DNA of 64,000 nt. It comes from Candidatus Poribacteria bacterium (GTDB lineage: Bacteria; Poribacteria; WGA-4E; WGA-3G). Shown piece by piece: positions 18,980 to 28,805 of this stretch; the stretch's first letter is position 1; each line of letters begins with the position of its first letter. Position numbers and translations under genes: made by a program. A model generated the notes under the pieces. The model had not been told where the DNA came from and did not search any database. It was given only the letters and a program-made list of their open reading frames with translations. The stretch is from positions 576,001 to 640,000 of the forward strand of contig CBDANF010000003.1 in assembly GCA_965197475.1 (NCBI GenBank). The letters are read 5' to 3'.

Positions 18980-21667
18980 ATGTCACGTTTAAAGCAATCA
19001 GAACCTTCCATGATGGAACTTTACAAACAGGTTAAAAAACAGCATGAAGATGCCATTCTCCTCTGTCGGGTAGGTGATTTCTATGAAGCATTCTTTGAAG
19101 ATGCCGAGTTAATTTCTCGCCTCCTTGAGATAGCCCTGACATCAAGAAGCCATAAAAACCAAAAAACACCGCCGCCACCAATGGCAGGAATCCCTCACCA
19201 TGCCCTTGACTCCTACCTCTACAAATTAGTTTCCGCTGGACACAAAGTGGCAATTTTAGATCAGACTGAGGATGCGAAAGTCGCACGAGATGAAAATCGT
19301 CTGGTCAAACGCGATGTCGTCAGAATCGTCACACCTGGCACCGTTACTGACCCAAAAGTACTTGAGCATAAGGCAAACAATTATCTTATCTCAATTTATC
19401 AAGAAAAGGATACATTCGGCATTGCTGTCGCTGATCTCTCTACAGGAGAATTTCAGGTAACTGAACTCACTGATTTCTCCCGACTCTGGGCAGAGATTCA
19501 CCGGTTTTCACCAAAAGAATGTCTTTTTTCAGAGTCTTTTGAGGATCAAAAGATGTTTGATCAACTCAAAATAGAACTGAAAGCAGTGCTGAATTTTCTT
19601 CCCGATTGGCGTTTTGAATTTGATACGGCTCGATCCGAACTTCTTGAACATTTCCGAACGATTTCGCTTGATGGGTTCGGATGTGAACACCTCTCCACTG
19701 CTATCTGCGCCGCTGGCGCACTCATCTATTACCTCCATGAAACGCAGAAACAGGAAGTTGAGCACATCCTTTCTCTTCATACCTACACACTATCAGATTT
19801 TATGGTGCTGGATGCAGATACGCAACGTAATCTTGAATTAACAACCTCTATTCGGGATGGATCCACAAATGGCACATTACTTGAAGTTATTGATCAAACA
19901 GTGACTGCTATGGGAGGAAGGAAGCTGCGTCAGTGTTTGTTGCAACCGTTGCTTGATGAAAATAATATAAAAGAACGTCTCAATGCTGTTGAAGAACTTA
20001 AAGCACAGATTAACTTACAAGAGGAATTACGGGAAGATCTCGGACAAATGTCCGATATGGAGCGTCTCATTACCCGCATTAGTCTCGGTTCAGTAAACGC
20101 GCGCGACTTGCATTCACTCAAAGATTCGCTACTCCTTATTCCAGCAGTTAAGGAACAACTTCAAAGTTGCCAAACACCACTTTTGACTTCTCTGAATGCA
20201 GAATTAAATCCGATGACTGCGTTGGTGGAATTAATAGAGCGTGGGATTCATCCAAACCCTCCCGCAACAATTCGCGAAGGTGGTTTGATTAGCGATGGTT
20301 ATAACGCTGAGCTTGATGAACTTCGACAAATTGTGGGACAAGGTAGAGCGTGGATGGCTACGCTGCAAGAGGAGGAACGAAAACGCAGCGGAATCGCTTC
20401 ACTGAAGATCGGATTCAACCAGGTCTTTGGCTATTACATTGAGGTTACAAAACCAAATCTCAACATGGTGCCGGATCATTATATCCGTAAGCAGACCTTG
20501 CGAAACTCCGAAAGGTTTATCACGCCCGAATTGAAGGAAGAGGAAGCCAAGGTGTTGAACGCTGAAGACCGTATACAAACGCTTGAATACGAACTTTTCT
20601 GTGATATACGGGATGAGGTCGCTAAATCAACAGAGGAAATTCAGAAAATCTCAGCGGCTATCGCTATGGTAGATGTTATTGCAAACTTCGCATATTGTGC
20701 ATCGAAATACAACTATGTGAAACCTGCCGTTGCGGATACTGATGAAATTATTATCCGTGATGGGCGGCATCCGGTAGTAGAACAGATATTCACCCAAGAA
20801 GGTTTTGTGCCAAACGATACTATGCTGAACTGTTCTGACGAACAACTCCATATTATCACAGGCCCCAATATGAGTGGAAAAAGCACCTATCTGCGCCAGA
20901 CAGCACTGATCGTTTTAATGACGCAGGTCGGGTGTTTTGTGCCTGCATCCGCAGCAAAAATTGGATTGGTAGATAGGATTTTCACTCGGGTTGGTGCCTC
21001 AGACAATCTCGTGATGGGACAAAGTACTTTCCTTGTGGAGATGAACGAAACAGCGAATATCCTCAACAATGCCACGCGTAAAAGCCTCGTTATTTTGGAC
21101 GAAGTCGGACGCGGCACAAGCACGTTTGACGGTCTCAGTATTGCGTGGGCAGTTTCAGAGTATCTGTTAGATGAGAAAAAAATGGGTGCTAAAACGCTCT
21201 TCGCAACACATTATCATGAACTTGTAGAACTCGCAAGCAAGTACAAAAGCGCGAAGAACTACAACGTCGCTGTCCATGAAGATGGAGAAAAGGTGACATT
21301 CCTGCGAAAAGTAGTACCTGGCGGTGCCGACCAAAGTTATGGAATTCACGTCGCTCGACTTGCAGGGTTACCACACACTGTGATCTCGCGTGCACAGGAA
21401 ATTCTTGAGGTTCTTGAACAACACAATATCAGTGTTGAGGCAGATGGTGCAGCAGAAAAACCCCAGAAAGCAACCCAAACAATGCCACGACCAAAACGCC
21501 GTGTCACCCGAAAAACGCTACAGAGCGATTCGCTGCAGATGGCACTTTTCACGCCGAAAACACACCCTCTCGTAGAAGATATCCGACAGTTGGAACTTTC
21601 TCAAATGACACCTTTAGATGCAGTGAACATCCTTTACGACCTGAAGGCAAAAGCAGAGGAATCTTGA
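18980..21667 (+). CDS. mutS: DNA mismatch repair protein MutS
   Basis: GDFYEAF, GRHPVVE, ITGPNMSGKSTYLRQ, STFLVEM, DEVGRGTST, ATHYHEL, SYGIHVA. Confidence 0.98.
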   Translation: MSRLKQSEPSMMELYKQVKKQHEDAILLCRVGDFYEAFFEDAELISRLLEIALTSRSHKNQKTPPPPMAGIPHHALDSYLYKLVSAGHKVAILDQTEDAKVARDENRLVKRDVVRIVTPGTVTDPKVLEHKANNYLISIYQEKDTFGIAVADLSTGEFQVTELTDFSRLWAEIHRFSPKECLFSESFEDQKMFDQLKIELKAVLNFLPDWRFEFDTARSELLEHFRTISLDGFGCEHLSTAICAAGALIYYLHETQKQEVEHILSLHTYTLSDFMVLDADTQRNLELTTSIRDGSTNGTLLEVIDQTVTAMGGRKLRQCLLQPLLDENNIKERLNAVEELKAQINLQEELREDLGQMSDMERLITRISLGSVNARDLHSLKDSLLLIPAVKEQLQSCQTPLLTSLNAELNPMTALVELIERGIHPNPPATIREGGLISDGYNAELDELRQIVGQGRAWMATLQEEERKRSGIASLKIGFNQVFGYYIEVTKPNLNMVPDHYIRKQTLRNSERFITPELKEEEAKVLNAEDRIQTLEYELFCDIRDEVAKSTEEIQKISAAIAMVDVIANFAYCASKYNYVKPAVADTDEIIIRDGRHPVVEQIFTQEGFVPNDTMLNCSDEQLHIITGPNMSGKSTYLRQTALIVLMTQVGCFVPASAAKIGLVDRIFTRVGASDNLVMGQSTFLVEMNETANILNNATRKSLVILDEVGRGTSTFDGLSIAWAVSEYLLDEKKMGAKTLFATHYHELVELASKYKSAKNYNVAVHEDGEKVTFLRKVVPGGADQSYGIHVARLAGLPHTVISRAQEILEVLEQHNISVEADGAAEKPQKATQTMPRPKRRVTRKTLQSDSLQMALFTPKTHPLVEDIRQLELSQMTPLDAVNILYDLKAKAEES

Positions 21668-21797
21668 TTTACTTTTGGATTTAGTAAGATAAAATTAGGT
21701 ATATATTCCTTGTAGTTGCCGAATGCCGAAAGTGCATTCGGCATTCATTTTGCCTAATACAAATTTGTTGGGTTTCGCTGTATTTATTTAACGAATA

Positions 21798-21888
21798 ATA
21801 CCAAATTAACGGGATTAGTCTTATTTTTTTGGACAGGCAGCGCGCGGACAAAGCGCGCCTACCGAGTGGGATCAAGTTAATTTGGTAT
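21798..21888. mobile_element. 91-bp MITE, second copy
   Basis: Reverse complement of 18599-18689 with a few mismatches. Confidence 0.75.
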
Positions 21889-21893
21889 AAGAT

Positions 21894-22067
21894 CAGGACG
21901 GACGCATTTTCTCTTAAAGTCCCCTGATAAGGGGGACTTAGGGGGTTAAAAACACGGAAATAACAACTTTGAACTGCGGGATGGACGCATGAGTGGTAGA
22001 ATCCTTGATGCATCTGCCAGTTTAACCCCCCTAACCCCCCTTATCAAGGGGGAATGCGTAAGTCCTG
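21894..22067. mobile_element. MITE with TIR CAGGAC(TT/GG)ACGCA and 5-bp TSD AAGAT, carrying CCCCC-TTATCAA-GGGGG palindromes
   Basis: CAGGACGGACGCA ... TGCGTAAGTCCTG; AAGAT on both sides. Confidence 0.8.
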
Positions 22068-22159
22068 AAGATATCAAAACAGAAGTTTCTTAGAGTTTTG
22101 ATAAAGTTAGATATTTTACTGCTCAACCCAACCTACGATGACAACAGAATACCTCAACG

Positions 22160-23128
22160 CTATAACGTTACGGATTTTCCACTCCGCGCACATTCATAGA
22201 TAGCCATGTTGAGCGCAACAGAACGTCTGCCTTCATATCCATCAACTGCAGGTGCAGCATCATCGTGTATCACTCGTAGCGCGTCTTGAATAACATTACC
22301 GGGATATGATGGAAGTTCAATTTCCGGTTCTTCGCCATCAGAAAACTGCCATATTTCTGGTCCAAGACCAACGATACCTTTCTCGCCATGAATGTGAATC
22401 ATTGAAACGTTACCGCCGGGATATGTAGTTGTTGTCAGGACGTGCCCAAGTGCACCGTTTTCAAATTCTAATATTGCGGAGGTCATATCTTCGGTTTCAC
22501 AATTTTCGTGGTCGTAGACATCAAAGTGTGCACCGATAACGCGTTTGACAGGTCCCATAAACCATAACATCAGGTCAATGTAATGTACACCCTGGTTCAT
22601 GATAGAGCCGCCACCATCAAATTCCCATGTGCCGTGCCACCCCACGTAATAGCTATCCGGTCGTTTCCATTTCATACGCAACTCGCACAGCAGGGGTCTA
22701 CCGAGTGCACCTTGTTCAAGTACATTCTTAATCCGTCTGTTGTGTTTGCCGTACCTTTCTCCAAAGTCAATGAGCAGTTTGACGTTATTGTCTTCACAGG
22801 TTTTGATGAGAGCATCGCAATTTTCAACGCTGACATCCATCGGTTTTGTCGTAATGACGTGTTTACCACGACGCGCAGCTTCTTGTCCGAATTTACCATG
22901 AAGACCACTCGGTGTCATTATCATTGCGACATCAATATCATCTCGGTCAAACATTTCAAGTGCATCGTCGTGACTTTCGCACCCGAACTTTTCTTCAGCA
23001 GCTTTACGTCGATCTTCAACAAGGTCAGCAACAGCGACAAGTTCAGCACCGTCTGTGCTATGAATTACACCAGAACGATTCATGCCCATACCTAAACCTA
23101 CAACGCCGAAACGTAGATTGTTAGCCAT
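22160..23128 (-). CDS. Gfo/Idh/MocA family oxidoreductase
   Basis: GVVGLGMG Rossmann motif, GKHV..KP, GGGSIMNQGVHYID. Confidence 0.93.
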   Translation of the reverse strand: MANNLRFGVVGLGMGMNRSGVIHSTDGAELVAVADLVEDRRKAAEEKFGCESHDDALEMFDRDDIDVAMIMTPSGLHGKFGQEAARRGKHVITTKPMDVSVENCDALIKTCEDNNVKLLIDFGERYGKHNRRIKNVLEQGALGRPLLCELRMKWKRPDSYYVGWHGTWEFDGGGSIMNQGVHYIDLMLWFMGPVKRVIGAHFDVYDHENCETEDMTSAILEFENGALGHVLTTTTYPGGNVSMIHIHGEKGIVGLGPEIWQFSDGEEPEIELPSYPGNVIQDALRVIHDDAAPAVDGYEGRRSVALNMAIYECARSGKSVTL

Positions 23129-23356
23129 TAAAATTTCTCCTAATAACGCACCTTACTTGGGTCACCCCGATGAAAGTACGCAGATAATTCTTATCGCCAG
23201 ACAGAAGTCAATATAGGTCTGGCAGACTAAGTGAGCGAGTACTTCATTATATCAAAGAGGTTCTCTTTATACCACACTTTTATTGCACTCGCGTTAAAAA
23301 AGTATATCATTTATGTTTTTTCCATTCCAGACATATTATTCCAGACATATTATAGG

Positions 23357-23545
23357 TTACCCACTTTTAGTGGTAATGGATTCGCCGTGTACCATCAAAT
23401 GAATACGAAGCCAATCGCGTTCCCAGTTTTCAGAGCGGTATGGAATATAGTGACATGCCAACCCGTGTCTACGTGTTCTCGGTTTTAGCACCGGTGCGCC
23501 ACCATGAATGAGTTTCCCATCAAACAGCATCGCATTGATAGCCAA
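23357..23545 (-). pseudogene. C-terminal remnant of a phytanoyl-CoA-dioxygenase-like gene
   Basis: AMLFDGKLIHGGAP...RRHGLACHY resembles the PhyH C-terminus; no N-terminal part present. Confidence 0.5.
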
Positions 23546-23550
23546 AAAAG

Positions 23551-23579
23551 TTGACATCTGCGGTGAGATATGATATACT
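23551..23579 (+). promoter_or_regulatory. Sigma70 promoter of rpsU
   Basis: TTGACA-17bp-TATACT. Confidence 0.8.
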
Positions 23580-23614
23580 ACTATAATAATTTTACTTATA
23601 GGAGGGTTGTAAAC

Positions 23615-23836
23615 ATGGTTCAAGTTGAAATTACAGTTGATTCAGGCGAAACATTTGATAGGGCACTCGCTCGTTTTAAAAAGATGTGCGGCAAAGCGGG
23701 TGTTGTGACAGAGATTAAAAAACGAAGTTTTTATGAAAAACCGAGTGAAAAACGGCGCCGAATTGAACTGAAACGCCAGCGGAAAGTCAAACCGAGAACG
23801 ACAGAATATCGCCCACGCTATGATAACAGCAGGTAG
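23615..23836 (+). CDS. rpsU: 30S ribosomal protein S21
   Basis: GETFDRALARFKK...EIKKRSFYEKPSEKRR; GGAGG RBS before ATG 23615. Confidence 0.95.
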   Translation: MVQVEITVDSGETFDRALARFKKMCGKAGVVTEIKKRSFYEKPSEKRRRIELKRQRKVKPRTTEYRPRYDNSR

Positions 23837-23856
23837 GCGGTTTCAGGAGGTAGTGT

Positions 23857-24384
23857 ATGGTTGTTCAGGATGTTGCGGAGGTTGATGGGAACTATAAAGG
23901 ACTTTTAATTCAATACTGCCAAGAACGGGGATTGAGCCAACCGCAGTTCACTGAAACAAAACACGGCACGCCGGACGCACCGAGTTGGAAAGTTACAGTA
24001 CATTACGGGGACCGGATCCATGAGATGACGGATCCGATACCGGGAGCGAAAAAAGAGGCTCATCAGCTCGCTGCGAAACAGGTGCTTGACACAATTAGTC
24101 AAAACCGTGAGCGTTTATTGGCAGGTGAAGATGATGCAAAAGACGATATAATATCAGAATTGGTTGAGATGCCAGTGTTCGCTGAACCAGTTGAGGTGGG
24201 ATTGCCGCTTGTTACGAGTGCAATGGCAATTGCAAATGAACGGCTCGGAACATCGCAACCCTCACGATACCGAGGTGTTTCTGATACTGAATTCTCTCGG
24301 AAATTAGCACAGCTGACGATACAGATTATCAAAGATTTGAATAAGGCTGCGGAAGAGGCGAATATGAAGTTTCCTCAAACATAA
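23857..24384 (+). CDS. Stand-alone double-stranded RNA-binding domain (DSRM) protein
   Basis: NYKGLL.QYCQ.RGLSQPQF...GTP.AP.W.VTV...KKEA.QLAA matches the dsRBD pattern; no RNase III domain. Confidence 0.75.
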   Translation: MVVQDVAEVDGNYKGLLIQYCQERGLSQPQFTETKHGTPDAPSWKVTVHYGDRIHEMTDPIPGAKKEAHQLAAKQVLDTISQNRERLLAGEDDAKDDIISELVEMPVFAEPVEVGLPLVTSAMAIANERLGTSQPSRYRGVSDTEFSRKLAQLTIQIIKDLNKAAEEANMKFPQT

Positions 24385-24391
24385 GCAGTGG

Positions 24392-24420
24392 CGGGGTCAG
24401 AGTTCTGACCCCGTTTTTTT
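24392..24420 (+). terminator. Intrinsic terminator
   Basis: CGGGGTCAGA-GT-TCTGACCCCG followed by a T tract. Confidence 0.85.
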
Positions 24421-24564
24421 ATTGCAGTCGGCTATTTATCGACTATCGGAATTAGAATGTGCTAATTATCAAAAAGTTGGGTTTCGCACGCTCTACCTAA
24501 CCTACGAAGTGTAAGGACGGGCACAGGGTTACGGCACACGGAGTGTGCCTACTACTTTTAAGAT

Positions 24565-25248
24565 ATGATTGAACGGATTAAACGCCGGCTACGGCAAAAC
24601 CGATTTTTGGCACCGCTAATGGGATGTCCGTATCCTGCACCGCGTTGGAATCGATCTGTTAAACGGGTGATCCGAGAACTGGGACCTGATGCACGGATTT
24701 TGGACTTGGGTTCCGGGATGCATCGCCGTGCACCGAATGTGATTAATCTTGAGATTGAGGCGACTCCTGCGGTGGATGTTGTGGCGGATGGGCATTGTCT
24801 GCCGTTTGCAGATGGTGTTTTTGATGCGGTTATTTCTGAGGCGGTGTTGGAGCATGTGCGTGAGCCTGGGCGTGTGGTGGCTGAGATGTCCCGTGTGTTA
24901 AAACCGGGTGGATATGTGTGTGCTGCGGTGCCGTTCTTACAAGGGTATCATGCGTCTCCTCACGATTATCAACGTTGGACGACGACTGGGTTTGTTGCGT
25001 TGTTTTCTCGGTTTAACGAGGTTGAAAGTGGTGCTTGTGCGGGTCCGTCGGCAGCACTGCATTGGGTTTTTCGTGAATATGTCGGGCTTGTGTGTTCTTT
25101 CGGGAGTTTGCTGGTTGCGAAGGCTCTGTCGCTTTTGGTTGGATGGTTGACGTTTCCGTTGGTGTGGGTGGATATGTTGTTGTTATTGCATCCGCATTCG
25201 CATATTTTGGCATCTGCGGTGTATTTTGTGGGGCGGAAAGTGGAGTAG
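24565..25248 (+). CDS. Class I SAM-dependent methyltransferase
   Basis: ILDLGSG, LPFADGVFDAV, VLEHV, RVLKPGG, PHDYQR. Confidence 0.9.
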   Translation: MIERIKRRLRQNRFLAPLMGCPYPAPRWNRSVKRVIRELGPDARILDLGSGMHRRAPNVINLEIEATPAVDVVADGHCLPFADGVFDAVISEAVLEHVREPGRVVAEMSRVLKPGGYVCAAVPFLQGYHASPHDYQRWTTTGFVALFSRFNEVESGACAGPSAALHWVFREYVGLVCSFGSLLVAKALSLLVGWLTFPLVWVDMLLLLHPHSHILASAVYFVGRKVE

Positions 25249-25403
25249 TTTCAACTGCATCGTAAAGACAGGTCTCCGTTCTCCGTGCCCGCCCCTATTC
25301 TTAGCACATTGTATGGGCGGGTCTCCGTGCCCGCCCCTCGTGATTATTAGCTCAAAACGTGTCAAAGCACAGAAGATACCTAATCTACAATGGGATCATC
25401 GTT

Positions 25404-25976
25404 TCATGGAGCAATACCTAAACGTTCCAATTCCCATTTGCGAATGTTGTTGTGGATGTACTCTCGTACAGATCGTAGGGAGGATTCATTTCGGATAACA
25501 TGATCATGAAACGAAAATTCCCACAATTTTTTGCTAAACCTTTGCCAACCGTTTTGTTTGACCCCTTGAATGTATCGGTTTGTTGTTATAGATTTAAAAC
25601 GTTCCATCAGTGTGATTAACGATATCGGGTTTTTTGAATTAACTGGTTGCTGTGAGGTTTCTGTATCTCCCTCTATAACATTGGTAGGTTTCGATTTGAT
25701 GATGAGAATACCATGAAAGTGGTCAGGCATGACTTGGAATGTATCTAATTCAATCTGCCGGAAATATCGTGGTAATTCCTGCCAAGTTTTTTCGATCATG
25801 TAACCCGCGTTTGTTAAGGCAATTTTGTCGTTTTCCAGGTGTCCGAATAGGCAAGATCTATTTCGTGTGGTGAGTGTAATAAAATACCATCCGGGTTGGG
25901 AATAGTCATATCCGGGGAGACGAAGATTTTTGGATTTAGGGTAATACATTTTTATATTTTTTGCATTGCGGGGCAC
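25404..25976 (-). CDS. REP-associated tyrosine transposase (RAYT, Y1 HUH)
   Basis: RLPGYDYS, YFIT, VMPDHFHGI, W..SFHDHVIRN, YI.NN; flanked by GGGCGGG.TCTCCGTGCCCGCCC-type REPs (~25270-25338, 25968-25992). Confidence 0.9.
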   Translation of the reverse strand: MPRNAKNIKMYYPKSKNLRLPGYDYSQPGWYFITLTTRNRSCLFGHLENDKIALTNAGYMIEKTWQELPRYFRQIELDTFQVMPDHFHGILIIKSKPTNVIEGDTETSQQPVNSKNPISLITLMERFKSITTNRYIQGVKQNGWQRFSKKLWEFSFHDHVIRNESSLRSVREYIHNNIRKWELERLGIAP

Positions 25977-26009
25977 GGAGACCCCGCCCTACAGTTTTAT
26001 TATAAACAG

Positions 26010-27257
26010 TTACTCCACTGGCTGATATTCGCTTGCATCAACGTAATAGACGAAGCCGATGCACATCTCATCTGTGGTTTTGTCGCCCCAACCGACGGGG
26101 ATAGGTGGGGTGTGTGGGTTGGCTGGGTTAGTGGCGGAGTTGTCGAAGTGGGCAACGAGTGAGATACGTGTGCCTGCGGGTAGGAAGATCGGTTTGCGGT
26201 AGTGATAGATGTCTTGCCAGTTGAAATCCCAATCTTGTATCCAGATAAGGTCGATCGGGTCGCCTGTTGACGGTTTTGCGATGATCCGCATGTCGCGTCC
26301 GAGCAGATGCATGTGCGGCATTGTGGCTAACAGATAACTATCTTTTTTGAGCTGGTGTGATGCTTTAACAGCATATTTCGCTTCTCCTGCCGGAATTACG
26401 AATTTGTCGTTGATCGCGGAACCGATACGCAGCGGGGTTGTTTTCTCGGTTTTGGAGAAGTAGAGTCCCATTCTCGATTGGTCGCGTTCCGTATGTCCGG
26501 TGCGGTAGTAGTGTACCTGTAGGACGATGTCTGCCCCTTTCAGCAACAGATACCCAACGCCTTCTGGTAGCACAGAAGGTGTTACACCGGGTGCCCATCC
26601 GCCAAGCGTTCCTGCAACATCAATACCGGGACCGGTGCCTTGTGTGACATACCCGGGTTTCGGATCCTGTGCAGCAAGCTCCCGTCCTTGTCCCTTTGTA
26701 TCCAAATAGGCGATGACGTGGTGGACTGTCTTCCGATTGCCGGGTTGGACATCAACGGCTTGGACGTATATGTCTGTATCAAAGTTGGTGGGTATGATGA
26801 AGTGTCGATATTCGTCTTCACCTTCAGGTTCGATTTCGTATTCGACTGGCATTTCAACGATGTGGTCGGGTTCACCGAGTGCCCACCCGTCATGGAATTT
26901 GGGGTTCGGCGGTACTGTGGAGAGGTCGCCTGCGGGTGTGCCTGCTTCTGTCCAGTCGGTGATCATTTGGATTTCTTTGTCGGTGAGGCGGCGTTCGTTT
27001 TTGAAGTTGCCGTAACCGTCTGCTGGTTTCCAAGGCGGCATGAGCCGTGCTTTGGTGTATTCAGCGATTTCAGTTGCCCACGCTTTGGCTTGCCTATAGT
27101 CGGTAAGTGCAAAGGGTGCGACTTCGCCGTGCCGATGGCAACTTTGGCACTGTTTTTGTAGGATGGGTGCGATGTGTTCGCTATAGGTGATTTCGTCTGC
27201 TTGGATATGGGGGGTCAGGATTATAAGTGTGATAAATATGATTAAGAACTTTTTCAT
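26010..27257 (-). CDS. Secreted cytochrome c + copper type II ascorbate-dependent monooxygenase-like protein
   Basis: Signal peptide, CQSCH, MPPW, VHH, QVHY, PHMH, WDFNWQ, DEMC. Confidence 0.85.
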   Translation of the reverse strand: MKKFLIIFITLIILTPHIQADEITYSEHIAPILQKQCQSCHRHGEVAPFALTDYRQAKAWATEIAEYTKARLMPPWKPADGYGNFKNERRLTDKEIQMITDWTEAGTPAGDLSTVPPNPKFHDGWALGEPDHIVEMPVEYEIEPEGEDEYRHFIIPTNFDTDIYVQAVDVQPGNRKTVHHVIAYLDTKGQGRELAAQDPKPGYVTQGTGPGIDVAGTLGGWAPGVTPSVLPEGVGYLLLKGADIVLQVHYYRTGHTERDQSRMGLYFSKTEKTTPLRIGSAINDKFVIPAGEAKYAVKASHQLKKDSYLLATMPHMHLLGRDMRIIAKPSTGDPIDLIWIQDWDFNWQDIYHYRKPIFLPAGTRISLVAHFDNSATNPANPHTPPIPVGWGDKTTDEMCIGFVYYVDASEYQPVE

Positions 27258-27275
27258 TGGTTCGGGTTTGTCCTC

Positions 27276-27419
27276 CTATTTGTTGGATGTTGTAGACTTT
27301 TGGCTATTGGTTGACGGTTCAACAGGCGGTGGTTCATTGAAGTCCTCACCTTTGCCTTCCTCTTTTGCAATTTGCCTCCGCTTCTCACGTCTTTCTGCGT
27401 ACCAATCTGACAATAACAT
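27276..27419 (-). CDS. Small hypothetical protein (47 aa) or gene remnant
   Basis: GGAGG upstream; MLLSDWYAERREKRR...FNEPPP; not in the ORF track. Confidence 0.35.
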   Translation of the reverse strand: MLLSDWYAERREKRRQIAKEEGKGEDFNEPPPVEPSTNSQKSTTSNK

Positions 27420-27566
27420 GATAAGATCAATGCCTCCTATTACCATAAATATCTAACAGATGGCCAAAACGCGCCCCATCTTTTCAAAATGTCCTCCACA
27501 AAATTCACTACGGGTACAGAATAGCATATATTGTTTGAAATATCAAATAAAAGTCAGGTTGGTCTG

Positions 27567-27894
27567 AAATGTTTATTCTCAAGAATATCTATAACGATCT
27601 CATTGCAGAAAGCGCGATTGTCTAAGACAAAAACCTTCAGCACTCCCATAATCCTGAAAATCTACTAATCCTGAAAATCCTGGTTCAGACAACGACAAAA
27701 ACCTTCAGCACTCCCATAATCCTGAAAATCTACTAATCCTGAAAATCCTGGTTCAGACAACGACAAGAACCTTCAGCACTCCCATAATCCTGAAAATCTA
27801 CTAATCCTGAAAATCCTGGTTCAGACAACGACAAGAACCTTCAGCACTCCCATAATCCTGAAAATCTACTAATCCTGAAAATCCTGGTTCAGAC
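27567..27894. repeat. 328-bp block A: ~59-bp leader + four 68-bp tandem units
   Basis: Units start at 27626, 27694, 27762, 27830; core AATCCTGAAAATCTACTAATCCTGAAAATCCTGGTTCAGAC. Confidence 0.95.
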
Positions 27895-28266
27895 TTTTTT
27901 GTTCGGATTAAACAGCCTTTTATGTTCTAAACTTTTTCCACCAAAATTTATTAAGAGCCCGATGTCAAAGCGGAATGCCTCCAGATAATTTCTCGCTTGT
28001 GCAATATGGATATCTTCCAACTTAATTAATGCTTTTAATTCAACAACGACCTTTTCTGCGACAATGAAATCAGCTCTTCTCGTACCGATTTCGATTTCAT
28101 CGTAATAGACAGGGTATTCTACCTCACGTTCATAACCGATTCCTGCACGTTCTAACTCAATAGCAAGTGCACGCTGATAAATTACCTCCTGAAACCCTCC
28201 TCCAAGAGTTTTATGAACCTTCATCGCACAACCAATTATTTGATATGTTAATTTTTCTTCTTGCAT
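27889..28266 (-). CDS. GxxExxY protein (PD-(D/E)xK nuclease fold)
   Basis: IIGCAMKVH..LGGGFQEVIYQ, RADFIV, VVVELK, AQ..NYL, GLLINFG. Confidence 0.95.
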   Translation of the reverse strand: MQEEKLTYQIIGCAMKVHKTLGGGFQEVIYQRALAIELERAGIGYEREVEYPVYYDEIEIGTRRADFIVAEKVVVELKALIKLEDIHIAQARNYLEAFRFDIGLLINFGGKSLEHKRLFNPNKKV

Positions 28267-28407
28267 TTTGACAGTCCTTGTCTGAATCTAATCGTTTGCA
28301 CCCAAATTTACGAGATTATAGCATTAATTTCGGAGGGATGTCAAGGGTGTTGTCTGAACCAGGATTTTCAGGATTACCAGATTTTCAAGATTAGCATTTT
28401 CTCGGCT

Positions 28408-28735
28408 AAATGTTTATTCTCAAGAATATCTATAACGATCTCATTGCAGAAAGCGCGATTGTCTAAGACAAGAACCTTCAGCACTCCCATAATCCTGAAA
28501 ATCTACTAATCCTGAAAATCCTGGTTCAGACAACGACAAGAACCTTCAGCACCCCCATAATCCTGAAAATCTACTAATCCTGAAAATCCTGGTTCAGACA
28601 ACGACAAGAACCTTCAGCACTCCCATAATCCTGAAAATCTACTAATCCTGAAAATCCTGGTTCAGACAACGACAAGAACCTTCAGCACTCCCATAATCCT
28701 GAAAATCTACTAATCCTGAAAATCCTGGTTCAGAC
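28408..28735. repeat. 328-bp block B, direct repeat of block A, preceded by an inverted arm at 28352-28392
   Basis: Same leader and four units; arm GTCTGAACCAGGATTTTCAGGATTACCAGATTTTCAAGATT. Confidence 0.95.
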
Positions 28736-28775
28736 AAAAAAAGCGGGCAACGAACCGGAGTTCGTCGCCCGCCTT
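28736..28775 (-). terminator. Terminator of the large surface-protein gene
   Basis: A7 + GCGGGC.ACGAAC-loop-GTTCGT.GCCCGC. Confidence 0.75.
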
Positions 28776-28805
28776 TCGGGGTAGGTTAGTTAGAATATCC
28801 CTGAG

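Noticed and set aside
27626-28735. 68-bp arrays as CRISPR
   Set aside because: Units are essentially identical with no unique spacers, and there are no cas genes.
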